Assembly: GCA_027371715.1 (NCBI GenBank)
Contig: DAHXMM010000003.1
Location: forward strand, 30,758-94,757
From: Elusimicrobiota bacterium
GTDB taxonomy: Bacteria; Elusimicrobiota; Elusimicrobia; UBA1565; UBA9628
Direction: 5' to 3'
DNA length: 64,000 nt
In this document: in pieces, positions 1-14,721 of the stretch
Numbering within the stretch: the stretch's first letter is position 1
Layout of the letters: the number at the start of each line of letters is the position of its first letter
The notes under the pieces: model-generated
Told to the model about the DNA's origin: nothing
What the model saw: only the letters and a program-made list of their open reading frames with translations
The model's database searches: none
Program-made: the position numbers and the translations under genes

Positions 1-86
1 GATTCCGCCCCCGCGAATAAAAAAGCCGCGCCTCCGACAAGAATATTGGTTCCCAAAACAAGTGACTTCCATTGATTTTGGCTCAT
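1..86 (-). CDS. partial small hydrophobic protein (N-terminus only, runs off the window)
   Basis: ATG at 86..84. Translation is MSQNQWKSLVLGTNILVGGAAFLFAGAE..., which looks like a TM helix. The frame is open to the window edge. The RBS is weak. Confidence 0.25.
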   Translation of the reverse strand, partial: MSQNQWKSLVLGTNILVGGAAFLFAGAE

Positions 87-291
87 GGAAAAAGGATAAA
101 CGCTTTTCATCTTTTCGTCAAGGCCCAAAGGTCCTAGTCCGTCTGGGCCCTCAAACTCTTATGGTGCTTACTGCTTGGCAATACGAAATGATTCCTTCCG
201 CGAGATCGCTCCAAAGAAAAGGAAACAAATAATTAGTTCCGCAACAGAAAACGCTGGGAACAGGCCGGAGAATGTTCTGTCCTCGGATATT

Positions 292-918
292 TTACGGCTC
301 CAGCGCTTGGATTGCCTGGCGGGGCGAACGGGCTTTGCGCGCGTTTTCATCGGCGAGAGAAGTTTTGGCCCAAAGCCCGGCTTTGAGTCCGGCTTGCCGG
401 CAACCAAAGGGCAATTGGTCGAGATTTTTCCTGAGACAAGCGGAAACGCCTTTTTCAGTCGTCTCTTGATAGCAAAGGCTTAAAATCTGGGGCTTACAGG
501 AATTCCAAACCAGCGTCCGATAGGCGTAATGCTCGATTTCGGCCATTTGAGAGCGGCAAGGCACGGAAAGATTTTTGCGATGGTCTAAAAGACATTGAGA
601 CGCGGGACCGTATCCGCTCATTCGATCGGCGCAATATTTCGACAAATCGCGACTGCATCCATGAAGCAATTTCGCCGCCTCGTTATGAGCCGCGGCCACT
701 TTACTCCGGCAATCAGCGGAGAGGCGGCTTTTGTGTTTTTCAAGGCAGCGCAGTCTTTCCGGCATCGTCTGGGCGTTGCGGCAAAAATCGTAAATTTCTT
801 TCCCGCACCAGCCGTAGATGACCTTGTTTGACTTCGGCGGCGTTTGGATGTTTGCCGCCCATAATCGCCCTGTTCCCACCATTAAAAAAACTGCCAATAT
901 CCTCATATCATTTTTCAT
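292..918 (-). CDS. secreted cysteine-rich repeat protein
   Basis: I chose the internal start MKNDMRILAVFLMV (signal peptide), which lies just after the upstream stop at 932. There are three repeats of a 4-Cys unit (C-x7-C-x11-14-C-x12-C), e.g. CGKEIYDFC...RCLEKHKSRLSADC. Confidence 0.6.
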   Translation of the reverse strand: MKNDMRILAVFLMVGTGRLWAANIQTPPKSNKVIYGWCGKEIYDFCRNAQTMPERLRCLEKHKSRLSADCRSKVAAAHNEAAKLLHGCSRDLSKYCADRMSGYGPASQCLLDHRKNLSVPCRSQMAEIEHYAYRTLVWNSCKPQILSLCYQETTEKGVSACLRKNLDQLPFGCRQAGLKAGLWAKTSLADENARKARSPRQAIQALEP

Positions 919-931
919 TAATCTCTCTCTA

Positions 932-1846
932 TCACTGGCAACAAATCGCATATGAGTATGCCCATGGGCTAGGGGCCCCGGCATAATTCAAGCCCGTGCA
1001 CCAACAATTCCAGCTATTGCTAGATGCGGGATAAGAAGTCAAGATTGTCCCATAATTACAAGAACACCCGCCTCCTGTCATTTGAGTGTTTGACGGGCAG
1101 TAAGCATAGGTTGGATTGCTGTGCCCATAGGTGGCATACTGATTGCAGTTTAACGAAGCATTATTCTGCCATGCTCCGTCTCCGTAACTATTCTGAGCCG
1201 TCCAAACGCTTCCGGGCGTGACGCTGTTTTGCGGATAATTGATTCTCAATGGATTGGCGCAAGGGTGGCAGCCATAGGAATTGCAACAGGTCGCCGCCGC
1301 GGGTTCGATGTCCAAACTTGCCTGCGGGCTATTGGTCCCGATGCCGACATTTCCGGAAGGGGCGACGACTAAGTCCATATAGTTGCCGCCCCGCGCTTTG
1401 AACCGAAGCGGAAGCCCGCCGACCTCGGATGAAATGGTAGACACTCCGTTCCCACTATCATTGCCGCTGACGGAAAGAAATCCGTCTACGTCTAAAATAG
1501 GAAAAGAGCCCGAGCTTATTTTCCCTTGTCCCGGATTGGTCGTCCCGATTCCGACATTGCCGCCCATAACCGCCATTTTAGTATTACTTCCAATCCCCGA
1601 GTTGCTCCCAATTTCCACGAAACTAGGGGCTCCTCCGGGCTGCGGATCTCGCGCAAGCCAGGTGTTTCCAATGGTCACCATATTATTATAAGCCCCGGCG
1701 GGAGCGGGATAATAGGTTGACATCGTGATATCTTCGGTAGCAATCGGCTCAATGAGAAGCGCGACAAAAACCGCCGACAAAAGAACTGCCGTTTGCCCGC
1801 GCGTCAATTGAAGGCGAAATTCATGAAGGTGAACTTGCTTTTCCAT
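932..1846 (-). CDS. secreted protein with GNVGIGT glycine-rich repeats and a Cys-rich C-terminal domain
   Basis: Start chosen at MEKQVHLH..., upstream of a hydrophobic anchor (AVLLSAVFVALLI). It has repeated GGNVGIGTTNPG / SGNVGIGTNSPQ motifs. The C-terminal ~120 aa contain more than 12 Cys. Confidence 0.5.
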   Translation of the reverse strand: MEKQVHLHEFRLQLTRGQTAVLLSAVFVALLIEPIATEDITMSTYYPAPAGAYNNMVTIGNTWLARDPQPGGAPSFVEIGSNSGIGSNTKMAVMGGNVGIGTTNPGQGKISSGSFPILDVDGFLSVSGNDSGNGVSTISSEVGGLPLRFKARGGNYMDLVVAPSGNVGIGTNSPQASLDIEPAAATCCNSYGCHPCANPLRINYPQNSVTPGSVWTAQNSYGDGAWQNNASLNCNQYATYGHSNPTYAYCPSNTQMTGGGCSCNYGTILTSYPASSNSWNCWCTGLNYAGAPSPWAYSYAICCQ

Positions 1847-1946
1847 CGGTCTTATAAGTATTGAGCGAGCATCGACTTTTGTCAAGGGAAAGACATGAAA
1901 TCCAAAAGTCCTTGACAAAGTTAAATTCAGGGTCTATCCTTGGGTT

Positions 1947-2753
1947 ATGAAGACTCAGAACGTCGGAGTTCTAATCGCAAGCGCTTTTCTTTTTCCGGCA
2001 ATTTCCTTGCAAGCCTCCCTTGTCCCAGGAAATAGCCCCTGTTCGTTTCCGAAAACGTTTTTTCTGTCCAACATGGTACGAGAACTTGAGAACTCTCCCT
2101 CAACCCTAAAAGCCCCCGGCTTATGCGCCCAAGAAGTTCAAAGTTTCATCAAGAAAGATCCGCTTTACCGCCGACGCTGGAAAGAAGCCTCGGGAAACCC
2201 GATTAAAGAAGAGCGCCTATTAAAAGAAGTTAATTCTCTCTTTTATCATACCGGAAAAAACCTTCAAAAAACGCTTAAGGCCGCAAAGAAGTTTGGCCGC
2301 CTCAGCGCCAAAGGACGCGTTTCTCCTAAAAGCATGTCCTTGACTCCTTGGCTCATCGGACATGAAGCGCAGGTGGTCAAAAAAAATCTTAAAGCCCTCA
2401 ATCTTACGGTCAAAAAAGCCGGGCCCCATGCGAAACTCTCCTGGTTTTCCCCGCAGTGGCAAGAAAGCTTAGACCTGTCTTTAGGGCAAGCCCAACGTCA
2501 ATACGCCCTTTTCATCGCTCAGGAACAAAAACAAGCAAAAGCCCGCCAGGAAAAACTAGCCCTCGCAAAAAGACATTTAAATAAGCTCAGCCTTTCCGGA
2601 AAAAATTTCGACGACCCCGCGCTTAATTCCACCCTTGACTCCAACACTTCCCCGTCCCCGCATCCAGCGGGTTCAAGCGAAGCCGGAGCGGTCATGGCGG
2701 TATTTCTCGGACAAAAAGTCCTCAATACAAACGGACAAGCTACGGGAAAATGA
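1947..2753 (+). CDS. hypothetical secreted protein
   Basis: N-terminal signal peptide (MKTQNVGVLIASAFLFPAISLQA). The sequence is Lys-rich and I recognise no motif. Confidence 0.45.
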   Translation: MKTQNVGVLIASAFLFPAISLQASLVPGNSPCSFPKTFFLSNMVRELENSPSTLKAPGLCAQEVQSFIKKDPLYRRRWKEASGNPIKEERLLKEVNSLFYHTGKNLQKTLKAAKKFGRLSAKGRVSPKSMSLTPWLIGHEAQVVKKNLKALNLTVKKAGPHAKLSWFSPQWQESLDLSLGQAQRQYALFIAQEQKQAKARQEKLALAKRHLNKLSLSGKNFDDPALNSTLDSNTSPSPHPAGSSEAGAVMAVFLGQKVLNTNGQATGK

Positions 2754-2769
2754 GTCCCGAGAGTTTGTT

Positions 2770-5028
2770 ATGATTGAGGGAATGGCTCCGAAAAAATTCT
2801 TGTGGCTTTTTCTGGCAGTCGCCACTCTACTCTCAAGGCCCGCTTTCGCCGTTCTCGCCCCGGGCCCAGGAGCGCCCTTAGTCGGGCAAATTGTTGCTCG
2901 ATTCCTAGAGGAAGATCAATACGATCATCACCCCATTGACCCCTCGGTCTCCCAAAATTTTCTCCAAAATTATCTTGAAGCCTTCGATTACAACCACATG
3001 TTTTTTCTTCAGTCCGACGTTGATTCTTTTAAGAAACGTTACGGAGACGTCTTGGGCGAGAAAGTCAAGGAAGGCGATTTAAGCCCCGCCTATGAGATTT
3101 TTGACGTTTTTTTAAAGAGACTTCAAAACCGGGAAGAATACGTCATTTCTTTATCCTCGACTTCCTTCAATTTTAAGAAAAATGAAAAAATAACTCTCGA
3201 CCGCCACAAGCTTCCCTGGCCTAAAAATTGGAAAGAATCAGACTCTCTCTGGAGAAAACAAGTCAAATACGAGATGCTTGAAGAAATTCTCAACAAAACC
3301 AAAACCCAGAAACAGGGAAAAGAAATCCGCCACCGCTACCGCCGGCTTTTGAAGAGCTACCGGGAATTTGACGCCATTGATATTCTCCAAGAGTATCTCT
3401 CGGCCTTGACCCATGCCTATGACCCTCATTCCGACTATATGGCCCAGGAACAAAAGGAGAATTTCGATATCAGCATGCAGCTGTCCTTGGTTGGAATCGG
3501 GGCGGTGCTCAAAGAATCATCGGATGGTTTCGCTCAAATTGTCTCCCTGGTTCCCGGGGGCCCCGCCGATAAGGATAAGAGACTGAAGCCAAAAGACAAA
3601 ATCGAAGCGGTCGCCGAAGGCATAGACGGCCCCTGGATTGACGTCACGGGAATGCGCCTAGACCATGTCGTTGAGAAAATTCGCGGTAAAAAAGGAACAA
3701 CGGTGCGCCTTCGCGTCATACCGGCCGATTCCATCGGCCGTTCAACCAGAACCGTCATTTCGATTGTCCGGGATGAAATCAAATTGACTGACCAAGAGGC
3801 TAAAGCGGAAATTTTAACTGGACAAGACCTTCAAGGCAACCCCGTTAAAATAGGCGTTATCGATCTCCCGTCCTTTTATGAGGACATGAAATCCGGCGGC
3901 GAGAAAAAAAGCACGACCAAGGACGTCAAAAAGCTCCTCCTCGCCTTGGAGGCAAAAGGAATCCAAGGGCTGATTTTAGATCTTCGCCGAAACGGCGGCG
4001 GGGCCTTATCTGAAGCGATTAATCTTACCGGGCTCTTCATTCCACAAGGCCCTGTGGTCCAGGTGCGAGATTCTCGTGGAGTCATTCGCTCCCTTGAACA
4101 TTCAGATTCCATGATTTATTCCGGACCCATGATCGTCTTGACCAGCCACGCGTCCGCTTCCGCTTCCGAAATTTTCGCGGCGGCCCTTCAAGATTATGGA
4201 CGTGCTCTGATTGTGGGAAATAAAAAGACTTTCGGCAAGGGAACGGTTCAAACTCTTATCGATCTCTCGCAATATGTCCCCCGCATTGATTCAAAAACCG
4301 GCCCGGGCGCGCTCAAACTTACGATTCAGAAATTTTACCGCGTCTCCGGCGGTTCCACTCAAAACAAAGGCGTCATCCCCGATATTCAACTTCCCTCAAT
4401 TGAAAACTATATGGATATCGCAGAATCGGCTCTTGAGAACGCGCTTCCTTATGATGAAATCGACCCGGCCTCCTACCAAAAGGTGGGGGATGTGGCTCCT
4501 CCCTTGATTGAGCAACTAAGAAAAGCCTCGGAAGATCGCGTCAAGGCTTCCCGAGAGTTCGGCTATGTTCGAGAAGATATCGCACTTTTCAAACAGGAAG
4601 ACGAGGGAAAAGTCGAATCCCTTAACGAAGCAGATCGTCTCAAAGAGCAACAGGACGCGGAAAATTTAGACAAAGAGAGAAAAAAAGAGCGCCTGGATGC
4701 GGGGCCTGACGAATTTACCAAGACCGCGATCACTCTTGAATCCATCGCCGGAAGCACAGCCCCGGCGATATCGGAAAAAGCCTTAGACCAGGCCTCAAGT
4801 AAAAAAGACGATCAAACTAAAAATTCCGCCAAGAAAAAAGAAAAGGAGCCGAATATCCCCGATATCGAGCTTGAGGAAAGCGCCCGCATCCTCAATGATA
4901 TGCTTCACCCCAATGGAATTCCCCAAGAATTGACCAAGATCGCGGCTAAGACAAAAGCCGCCTTATCAGCCCTGGCCAAGGCCGAAAACAAGCAAAAATC
5001 AAACGAGCTAGACGAAATCCTGCCTTAA
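2770..5028 (+). CDS. prc: tail-specific (C-terminal processing) protease, Prc-type S41
   Basis: Start moved to the in-frame ATG at 2770 (MIEGMAPKKFLWLFLAV, signal peptide), because the longer ORF from 2635 overlaps the upstream gene. A PDZ-like segment precedes the S41 core (LILDLRRNGGGAL; TSHASASASEIFAAALQDYGRALIVG; TFGKGTVQ). Confidence 0.85.
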   Translation: MIEGMAPKKFLWLFLAVATLLSRPAFAVLAPGPGAPLVGQIVARFLEEDQYDHHPIDPSVSQNFLQNYLEAFDYNHMFFLQSDVDSFKKRYGDVLGEKVKEGDLSPAYEIFDVFLKRLQNREEYVISLSSTSFNFKKNEKITLDRHKLPWPKNWKESDSLWRKQVKYEMLEEILNKTKTQKQGKEIRHRYRRLLKSYREFDAIDILQEYLSALTHAYDPHSDYMAQEQKENFDISMQLSLVGIGAVLKESSDGFAQIVSLVPGGPADKDKRLKPKDKIEAVAEGIDGPWIDVTGMRLDHVVEKIRGKKGTTVRLRVIPADSIGRSTRTVISIVRDEIKLTDQEAKAEILTGQDLQGNPVKIGVIDLPSFYEDMKSGGEKKSTTKDVKKLLLALEAKGIQGLILDLRRNGGGALSEAINLTGLFIPQGPVVQVRDSRGVIRSLEHSDSMIYSGPMIVLTSHASASASEIFAAALQDYGRALIVGNKKTFGKGTVQTLIDLSQYVPRIDSKTGPGALKLTIQKFYRVSGGSTQNKGVIPDIQLPSIENYMDIAESALENALPYDEIDPASYQKVGDVAPPLIEQLRKASEDRVKASREFGYVREDIALFKQEDEGKVESLNEADRLKEQQDAENLDKERKKERLDAGPDEFTKTAITLESIAGSTAPAISEKALDQASSKKDDQTKNSAKKKEKEPNIPDIELEESARILNDMLHPNGIPQELTKIAAKTKAALSALAKAENKQKSNELDEILP

Positions 5029-5052
5029 GTGGTTTTTTAGTAAAATAAGATT

Positions 5053-9626
<4,574 letters not shown>

Positions 9627-9646
<20 letters not shown>

Positions 9647-10907
9647 GGCCCAAGTCCTTGAACGCCTCAATTGGGGCGCAAACACCCGTCTTTTCTTGCG
9701 CGGAATTTTTGCCCTGGCGCCTTTTATGGTCTTGTCTAGGCTCGTCGCGATGACTACGCACGTTTTGGCCGGACGCTGGCTGGGCCCCAATCAATACGGA
9801 ATGGCGAGTTTAACTCTCGCCACCGGTAAATTATGGCTTTTATTTATTTCTCTTGGTTTTTTTACCGCCGTCTCTCGCGTCGCGGCAGTCCCCGAAGAAA
9901 AACGAACGCTCGCAGTCTCAAGCCTCACCTGGAGTATTCTTACCTGGATTGGGTTTTGCCTACTCCTTCTCTTTATTTTCCATTCCCCGCTGGCGCGAAA
10001 ATTCAAAATTTCTCCGGAGGTTTATTTTTGGAGCGTTCTTTACGCCGGAGCGCAATTCCTATACGCTACTTCTTCAGGTCTTTTGGCCGGACTTCAAAAA
10101 TTCAAATCCCGCGGGATTTTTGAATTAACCTACAGCGCTATCGTCTTAGTTGTTTTCTCCGCCTCTTTTATTTTTAATCCCCAAATCAATTTTTCTTTAC
10201 TCTTGAGAGCCATGAGCTTGGGTTGCGCGTTGGGGAGTTTATTATGTTTCTATGAGATACGAGAGTTTATTCGTCCAGTTTTCTCGTTTTCGGCTATTCG
10301 AGACGTCTGGGATTATGCAGGGCCTTATCTGATGGCCTGGGGATGTATGGTCGGAGCTGAATCCTTGGTGACTCTCATGGTCTCTTGGAATTTAACCTCT
10401 AAGGAACTGGGTTTTTATAGCGCTTATCAAACCGCGATTTTTAGGCCGGTCTTAGTCGCCTCCGCCCTTATCGGAATCGTTCTAGGCCCTATTTCCAGCG
10501 TTCGGGAAAAGCAAAAAAAAATATGGAAAAAATTTCTTGGTCTTTCGCCCTTGATTTTCCTTATCGCCTGGTTCGTCTTTTCTTTTGCCGGTTCCGTAGT
10601 CATTAAATTCATGGGAAAGCGCTACCCGTTATCCTTCCCATGGATACTGACTTTCGGCGGGGCGGCCGCCTTCTTTTTTATGTCGGCTTTTCCTGGAACC
10701 ATTTTGAGTTTTCGGGACTCAAAAAGCGCCTGGCTTTCTAGTTTCTCCTCCGTTTGGGGGGCGTTCCTCGGCGCCGCCATTGGCTTTTGGGCCATCCCGC
10801 GATTTAAGATTGCGGGCGCGGCCCTGGCCTTAATGGGGCTTTATGCCGGAAGCTTTCTTTGGAATTCTATTTCCAGCCACCAAGTCATCAGTTCAGACGA
10901 CTCCTAA
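9627..10907 (+). CDS. polysaccharide flippase-like (Wzx/MOP family) membrane protein
   Basis: A polytopic membrane protein with about 12 hydrophobic segments. It lies directly after gmd-manC. The exact start is uncertain. Confidence 0.55.
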
Positions 10908-12250
10908 TTATACTTTTCAACCACCATCGCCCCGCCCATGCCGCCTCCGGCGCAAGCCGCAATCATCCCGTAGCGGCCCTTGGGGTTTTTCTTAAGCGCG
11001 TGCATTAAGTTGAGCATCAGACGAGTTCCGGTCGCGCCCAAGGGATGCCCTAAGGCGATGGAGCCCCCGTTGGGGTTTAAGGCGCCAGAGTCAAATTTTG
11101 ATTTCCAATCATGCCCGAACCTCTCGCGCCCGATTTTAAAAATGGACAACACCGTCGCCGCGAAAGGCTCGTGAAGCTCAATTTGATCGAGATCGTTAAA
11201 GGAAATTCCCGCCCGCTGTAAGGCGACCGGCGCCGCCAAAGCCGGAGACACCCCCATATGGGCGGGATTATTTCCGTAAAATCCCCAGCCTTTAATCTTA
11301 GCCAAAATCTCAAGCCCCAATTCCTTGGCTTTTTTTTCGGTTGAGACAATCGTCGCCGCCGCCCCGTCGGAACGCCCACAGGAATTAAACAAAGTCACCG
11401 TTCCCTTGTCGCCTTCTTGATAGGTTTTGCCTTCGACATACTTTCCGTAATCGGCATAAAAATTTTTAAGGGAATAAGACGGTCCATCAAAAAGAAGCGG
11501 CGCCTTGGCAAACATTTGCGGTTTTTCCACCAGGTCTTCCCTGAGAAAAGGATATTCATCCTTATCCAAGACGACATTGTCTTGGACCTGGGCCTTGTCC
11601 ACGTGGGAATCATAAAAGCCCGCCTTCCAACCGGAAATCGCGCGGCGAAAACTCTCGCGGGCGTAATCGTCCTCTTCCTGCCGGGTAATGCCGTACATTT
11701 GCGCGCAAACTTCCGCGGTAGCGGCCATGTTGATTTTCTTAACCGGATCGGTCAGTCCTTCTTCCAGGGAATCCGTCACTCGCACTTCTGAGCTTTCCAA
11801 AAGCCCCGCCCACTTGGCCTTAACGGTGTCAAAACTCCTGAGTTCTTTTAAGCCGCGAGAGCCTTCGATGGAATAAGGCATCCGGGACATACATTCAGTC
11901 CCGCCGGCGATGTAAAGTTCGCCTTCCCCACAGCGAATAAAACGCGCGGCCGCGGCGATAGATTCAATGGATGAGATGCAATTATTTTGCACCGTCACCG
12001 CCTGGGTTTTTTCGGGAAGACCGCAGTTAAGCGCGGTGACGCGAGCGATATTAGGGGCGGAAAAACTTTGAGCGACCCAACCAACCAAAACTCCGTCCAC
12101 CGCTTCCTTAGGAAGCCGCGATTTTTTAAGAAGAGAATTGACCGCCAGCGCCATCAAATTTTCAGCTTTAAGACCGGATAAAGATCTCGCCATGTGCCCG
12201 ATAGGCGTGCGAACTCCGGAACTAATCACGATTGTTTCTTTGGATTCCAT
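10904..12250 (-). CDS. acetyl-CoA acetyltransferase (thiolase) family protein
   Basis: Thiolase signatures: VQNNCISSIESI (nucleophilic Cys region), GGSIALGHPLGATG, and ACAGGGMGGAMVVE at the C-terminus. Confidence 0.85.
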   Translation of the reverse strand: MESKETIVISSGVRTPIGHMARSLSGLKAENLMALAVNSLLKKSRLPKEAVDGVLVGWVAQSFSAPNIARVTALNCGLPEKTQAVTVQNNCISSIESIAAAARFIRCGEGELYIAGGTECMSRMPYSIEGSRGLKELRSFDTVKAKWAGLLESSEVRVTDSLEEGLTDPVKKINMAATAEVCAQMYGITRQEEDDYARESFRRAISGWKAGFYDSHVDKAQVQDNVVLDKDEYPFLREDLVEKPQMFAKAPLLFDGPSYSLKNFYADYGKYVEGKTYQEGDKGTVTLFNSCGRSDGAAATIVSTEKKAKELGLEILAKIKGWGFYGNNPAHMGVSPALAAPVALQRAGISFNDLDQIELHEPFAATVLSIFKIGRERFGHDWKSKFDSGALNPNGGSIALGHPLGATGTRLMLNLMHALKKNPKGRYGMIAACAGGGMGGAMVVEKYN

Positions 12251-12264
12251 ACTAGTTTTCTCCT

Positions 12265-13338
12265 TTATTTCTCGCAGAGGGAATTTCCCTCCTGATTTTG
12301 TTCTTCGGCCATCGCTGCACGGCTCAGCGAAGGTTCTGAAATTTTAAGTCCCCAAAAAACAAATATGCTGACAAGACCGGGAAGAGCCTGGTAAGCCAAA
12401 CGATAAAGAAGGGCGGCCACCAAGGCCTTGTCCCAATCCACTCCGAAACCGGAAAAGACCGCCGCTAAAGAACCCTCCATGATGCCCAAGCCCGCCGGCA
12501 ATATCGGCACCAGCATCGCCGCCATCGCCATCGTAAACCCCGCGGTCAAATAGCCGACCGACAAACTGACCCCGACCGCGCGAAAAGCGAAATAAAGAGA
12601 ACTCATAAGAAAAACCCAATCCGCACCGGTAAAAATAATCATCCGGGTTAATTGCGCGCGCCCCCGGCGAACCCGGGACAGACCCTCTTCAAGTTGCCTC
12701 TCAAAAGCCTCAAAACTTTCTTTCGGAATACCCGTCTTAAGAAAGAAAAAAATCCCGCGCTCAACCCGTCGTGACAAACGTTTCATGATTTTTCCGCGAA
12801 TGCCTCGGTTAAACAAAAAGACCAGTATCGGGACGCTGACAGCCAACAAAATCAAAAGCCCGGCCGCGCTCTCCATAACCAAAATGGTCGTTCCATGAAG
12901 ACGCAAAATCAAATAAAGCAGCCCTTGGGCCAAAATCAAGGCCAAGACTAAATAAAGAATGACAGAACTTAAAACGGAAACCAAAACCGTCGTTCCATAG
13001 GGAACCCCACGCTTTCTGAGCAAATGCGCCTTCAACGCAAAACCGCTGGCTCCGGCGGTTGAGATAAAATAATTAATCGTGGTTGAAACCAAAGCGATTC
13101 CCAAAGACTCCATCAAAAGAAGTTTATGTTCAAAAATTAAAAGCGCCTCTTCAAGAGCGAACCCCGCCATTGAGTAACTTCCAAAAGCGCAGAAGGCGGA
13201 AACCCACACCCATGCCCATTCGATTTTATCTCCAATGGCCTCAACATCCGCGAAATGTTTGGAAAAAAGATAGAACAAGATGGCGCCCGATAATAAAAGG
13301 CCCAAGGTCAGGGGAATTTTTTTCTTGAGCGCGCTCAT
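12265..13338 (-). CDS. flippase-like / lysylphosphatidylglycerol-synthase TM-region family membrane protein (UPF0104-like)
   Basis: Start moved to MSALKKKIPLTLGLLL (ATG at 13338). This gives an ATGA overlap with the upstream gene's stop at 13335. The protein has about 8 TM segments. Confidence 0.55.
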   Translation of the reverse strand: MSALKKKIPLTLGLLLSGAILFYLFSKHFADVEAIGDKIEWAWVWVSAFCAFGSYSMAGFALEEALLIFEHKLLLMESLGIALVSTTINYFISTAGASGFALKAHLLRKRGVPYGTTVLVSVLSSVILYLVLALILAQGLLYLILRLHGTTILVMESAAGLLILLAVSVPILVFLFNRGIRGKIMKRLSRRVERGIFFFLKTGIPKESFEAFERQLEEGLSRVRRGRAQLTRMIIFTGADWVFLMSSLYFAFRAVGVSLSVGYLTAGFTMAMAAMLVPILPAGLGIMEGSLAAVFSGFGVDWDKALVAALLYRLAYQALPGLVSIFVFWGLKISEPSLSRAAMAEEQNQEGNSLCEK

Positions 13339-14234
13339 GGTCCCAGCATCCCCTGGTAGCTTGATAAAAACGCCTGCGCTTGGCCCCTGAAACGCTGGTG
13401 AAGCAAGGGCCATAAGGCCGCCAGGCGAAAAGCGAAAAGAACGGGAATAAGAAGCCCGGCCAAAGAAACAAGAATCAATTTTTGACCGTAGGAAGCCTCG
13501 GGCGGCCCTGCGGTTTCTTTTAGATGAAGATAAAGAAGAGCCGTAAAAATAAGCGCGAAGGGAAATGTGAAAAATCCGGAAAAAAGACCCAACACCGGAA
13601 TCTTCGACAGAATCCACGCCGAAAGACTGATGAAAATCAGCCTTCCGGCCACCGCCATCCAGCGATTTCTCACGTAGAACAAACTTCTTTGGAGGGACTC
13701 AAATCCTCCTATATTTTCCGAAACAAACACAAAAGGAACAAAGCTGAGCGAAAAAGCCAAGAAAACACCCGGTAAAATGAAAAGATAAATTCCGCCGATG
13801 GCCGAGAGAAAAGCTAAAAGACACGCCCAGGAGAAAGGCGTCAATTTATTCCAGGATTCTCGGTAAATGGAAAGAGCGTCCTTAGAATTTCCAAGCGCGA
13901 CTTCCATCAAGGCTACCTGGGTCCAGCTCACTCCCCATAAACCCAGAAAAACCGAAAAGCCGCCCGCCGCCGCCCACAACCACCAATGAGAATATCCAGT
14001 TCCGAACCAAATGAGAAGGGCCAGGCCAAAGGGGATCATTCCAGCGACGATGGTCAAAATTCCGCCAAGCCCCCCGGCCGCCATCAAGGCCCAAAAACGC
14101 GCCTTAAAAAGAGGCCAGGTTTCCTTTAATAAATCGCCGAGCGAAGGCAACGAAGAAGCCGAAGCGCTTCCATCCATGGTTTCCTTTTGAGACTGACCTT
14201 GGAACCAACCATTTTCTCGCTTAGACTCGGTCAT
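13335..14234 (-). CDS. hypothetical polytopic membrane protein
   Basis: A long ORF with 6-7 hydrophobic segments and no recognisable catalytic motif. An alternative start is M20 (14177). Confidence 0.45.
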   Translation of the reverse strand: MTESKRENGWFQGQSQKETMDGSASASSLPSLGDLLKETWPLFKARFWALMAAGGLGGILTIVAGMIPFGLALLIWFGTGYSHWWLWAAAGGFSVFLGLWGVSWTQVALMEVALGNSKDALSIYRESWNKLTPFSWACLLAFLSAIGGIYLFILPGVFLAFSLSFVPFVFVSENIGGFESLQRSLFYVRNRWMAVAGRLIFISLSAWILSKIPVLGLFSGFFTFPFALIFTALLYLHLKETAGPPEASYGQKLILVSLAGLLIPVLFAFRLAALWPLLHQRFRGQAQAFLSSYQGMLGP

Positions 14235-14299
14235 AACGCGATTATATATTTAAATCAGGGCCAGCAAAAACTTATCCGCATCATTTTGACATTTTTCCA

Positions 14300-14328
14300 T
14301 TGAAGAAGTCGCAGGGGTCTGTTATAAT
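14300..14328 (+). promoter_or_regulatory. sigma70-like promoter for ssrA
   Basis: TTGAAG (14300-14305), a 17-nt spacer, then TATAAT (14323-14328). The mature tmRNA 5' end lies 8 nt downstream. Confidence 0.45.
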
Positions 14329-14336
14329 GAAAGGAC

Positions 14337-14692
14337 GGGGGTGAATTAGGTTCGACAGGAGTGGACGGACCCTCGGTCGCAGGCCCTGGAAGGTCTGAGC
14401 CAGGATAAAATCAGGCCAAAAAAAATAAAAGCCAACACACAGCTGGCTTGGGCCACCGCCTAATCCGCGGTTGACCTACGTCGGTCCCTGACGCCCGCTA
14501 GGGGAGTTCCGACGTCATGAGCGGGATGCAGGTCTTTCTTGCTTTTTCCGTCGAGAGGGCCTAAAGACACAACGGAGATAGTTTGGGGATACTCGTTCGG
14601 CTGTTTTCCCCGAATGAAACTAAAGCCGGACTAAGCCTGTAGTGACCTGGGTCGGCCTCTTTTGGACGCGGGTGCGATTCCCGCCACCTCCA
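14337..14692 (+). ncRNA. ssrA: tmRNA (transfer-messenger RNA)
   Basis: The 5' end GGGGGUGAAUUAGGUUCGACAGG pairs with the 3' end ...GGACGCGGGUGCGAUUCCCGCCACCUCCA. This gives an acceptor stem with a G3:U pair, a T-arm and a discriminator A. An internal tag-like frame runs GCC AAC ACA CAG CTG GCT TGG GCC ACC GCC TAA (14431-14463). A T-run follows, and CCA is not encoded. Confidence 0.9.
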
Positions 14693-14721
14693 CGGTTTTT
14701 TTGTTTTTTTAGATAAACTCA

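Noticed and set aside
2635-2769. N-terminal 45-codon extension of the Prc protease ORF
   Set aside because: It overlaps the upstream gene by about 120 nt. The internal ATG at 2770 is immediately followed by a signal peptide.
13339-13617. 93-codon N-terminal extension of the UPF0104-like membrane protein ORF
   Set aside because: The extension lies inside the upstream membrane-protein gene. The internal ATG at 13338 gives a classic ATGA stop-start overlap and a sensible N-terminus.
14286-14291. Perfect TTGACA upstream of ssrA
   Set aside because: It lies 31 nt from the TATAAT box, which is too far for a sigma70 promoter. TTGAAG with a 17-nt spacer was preferred.
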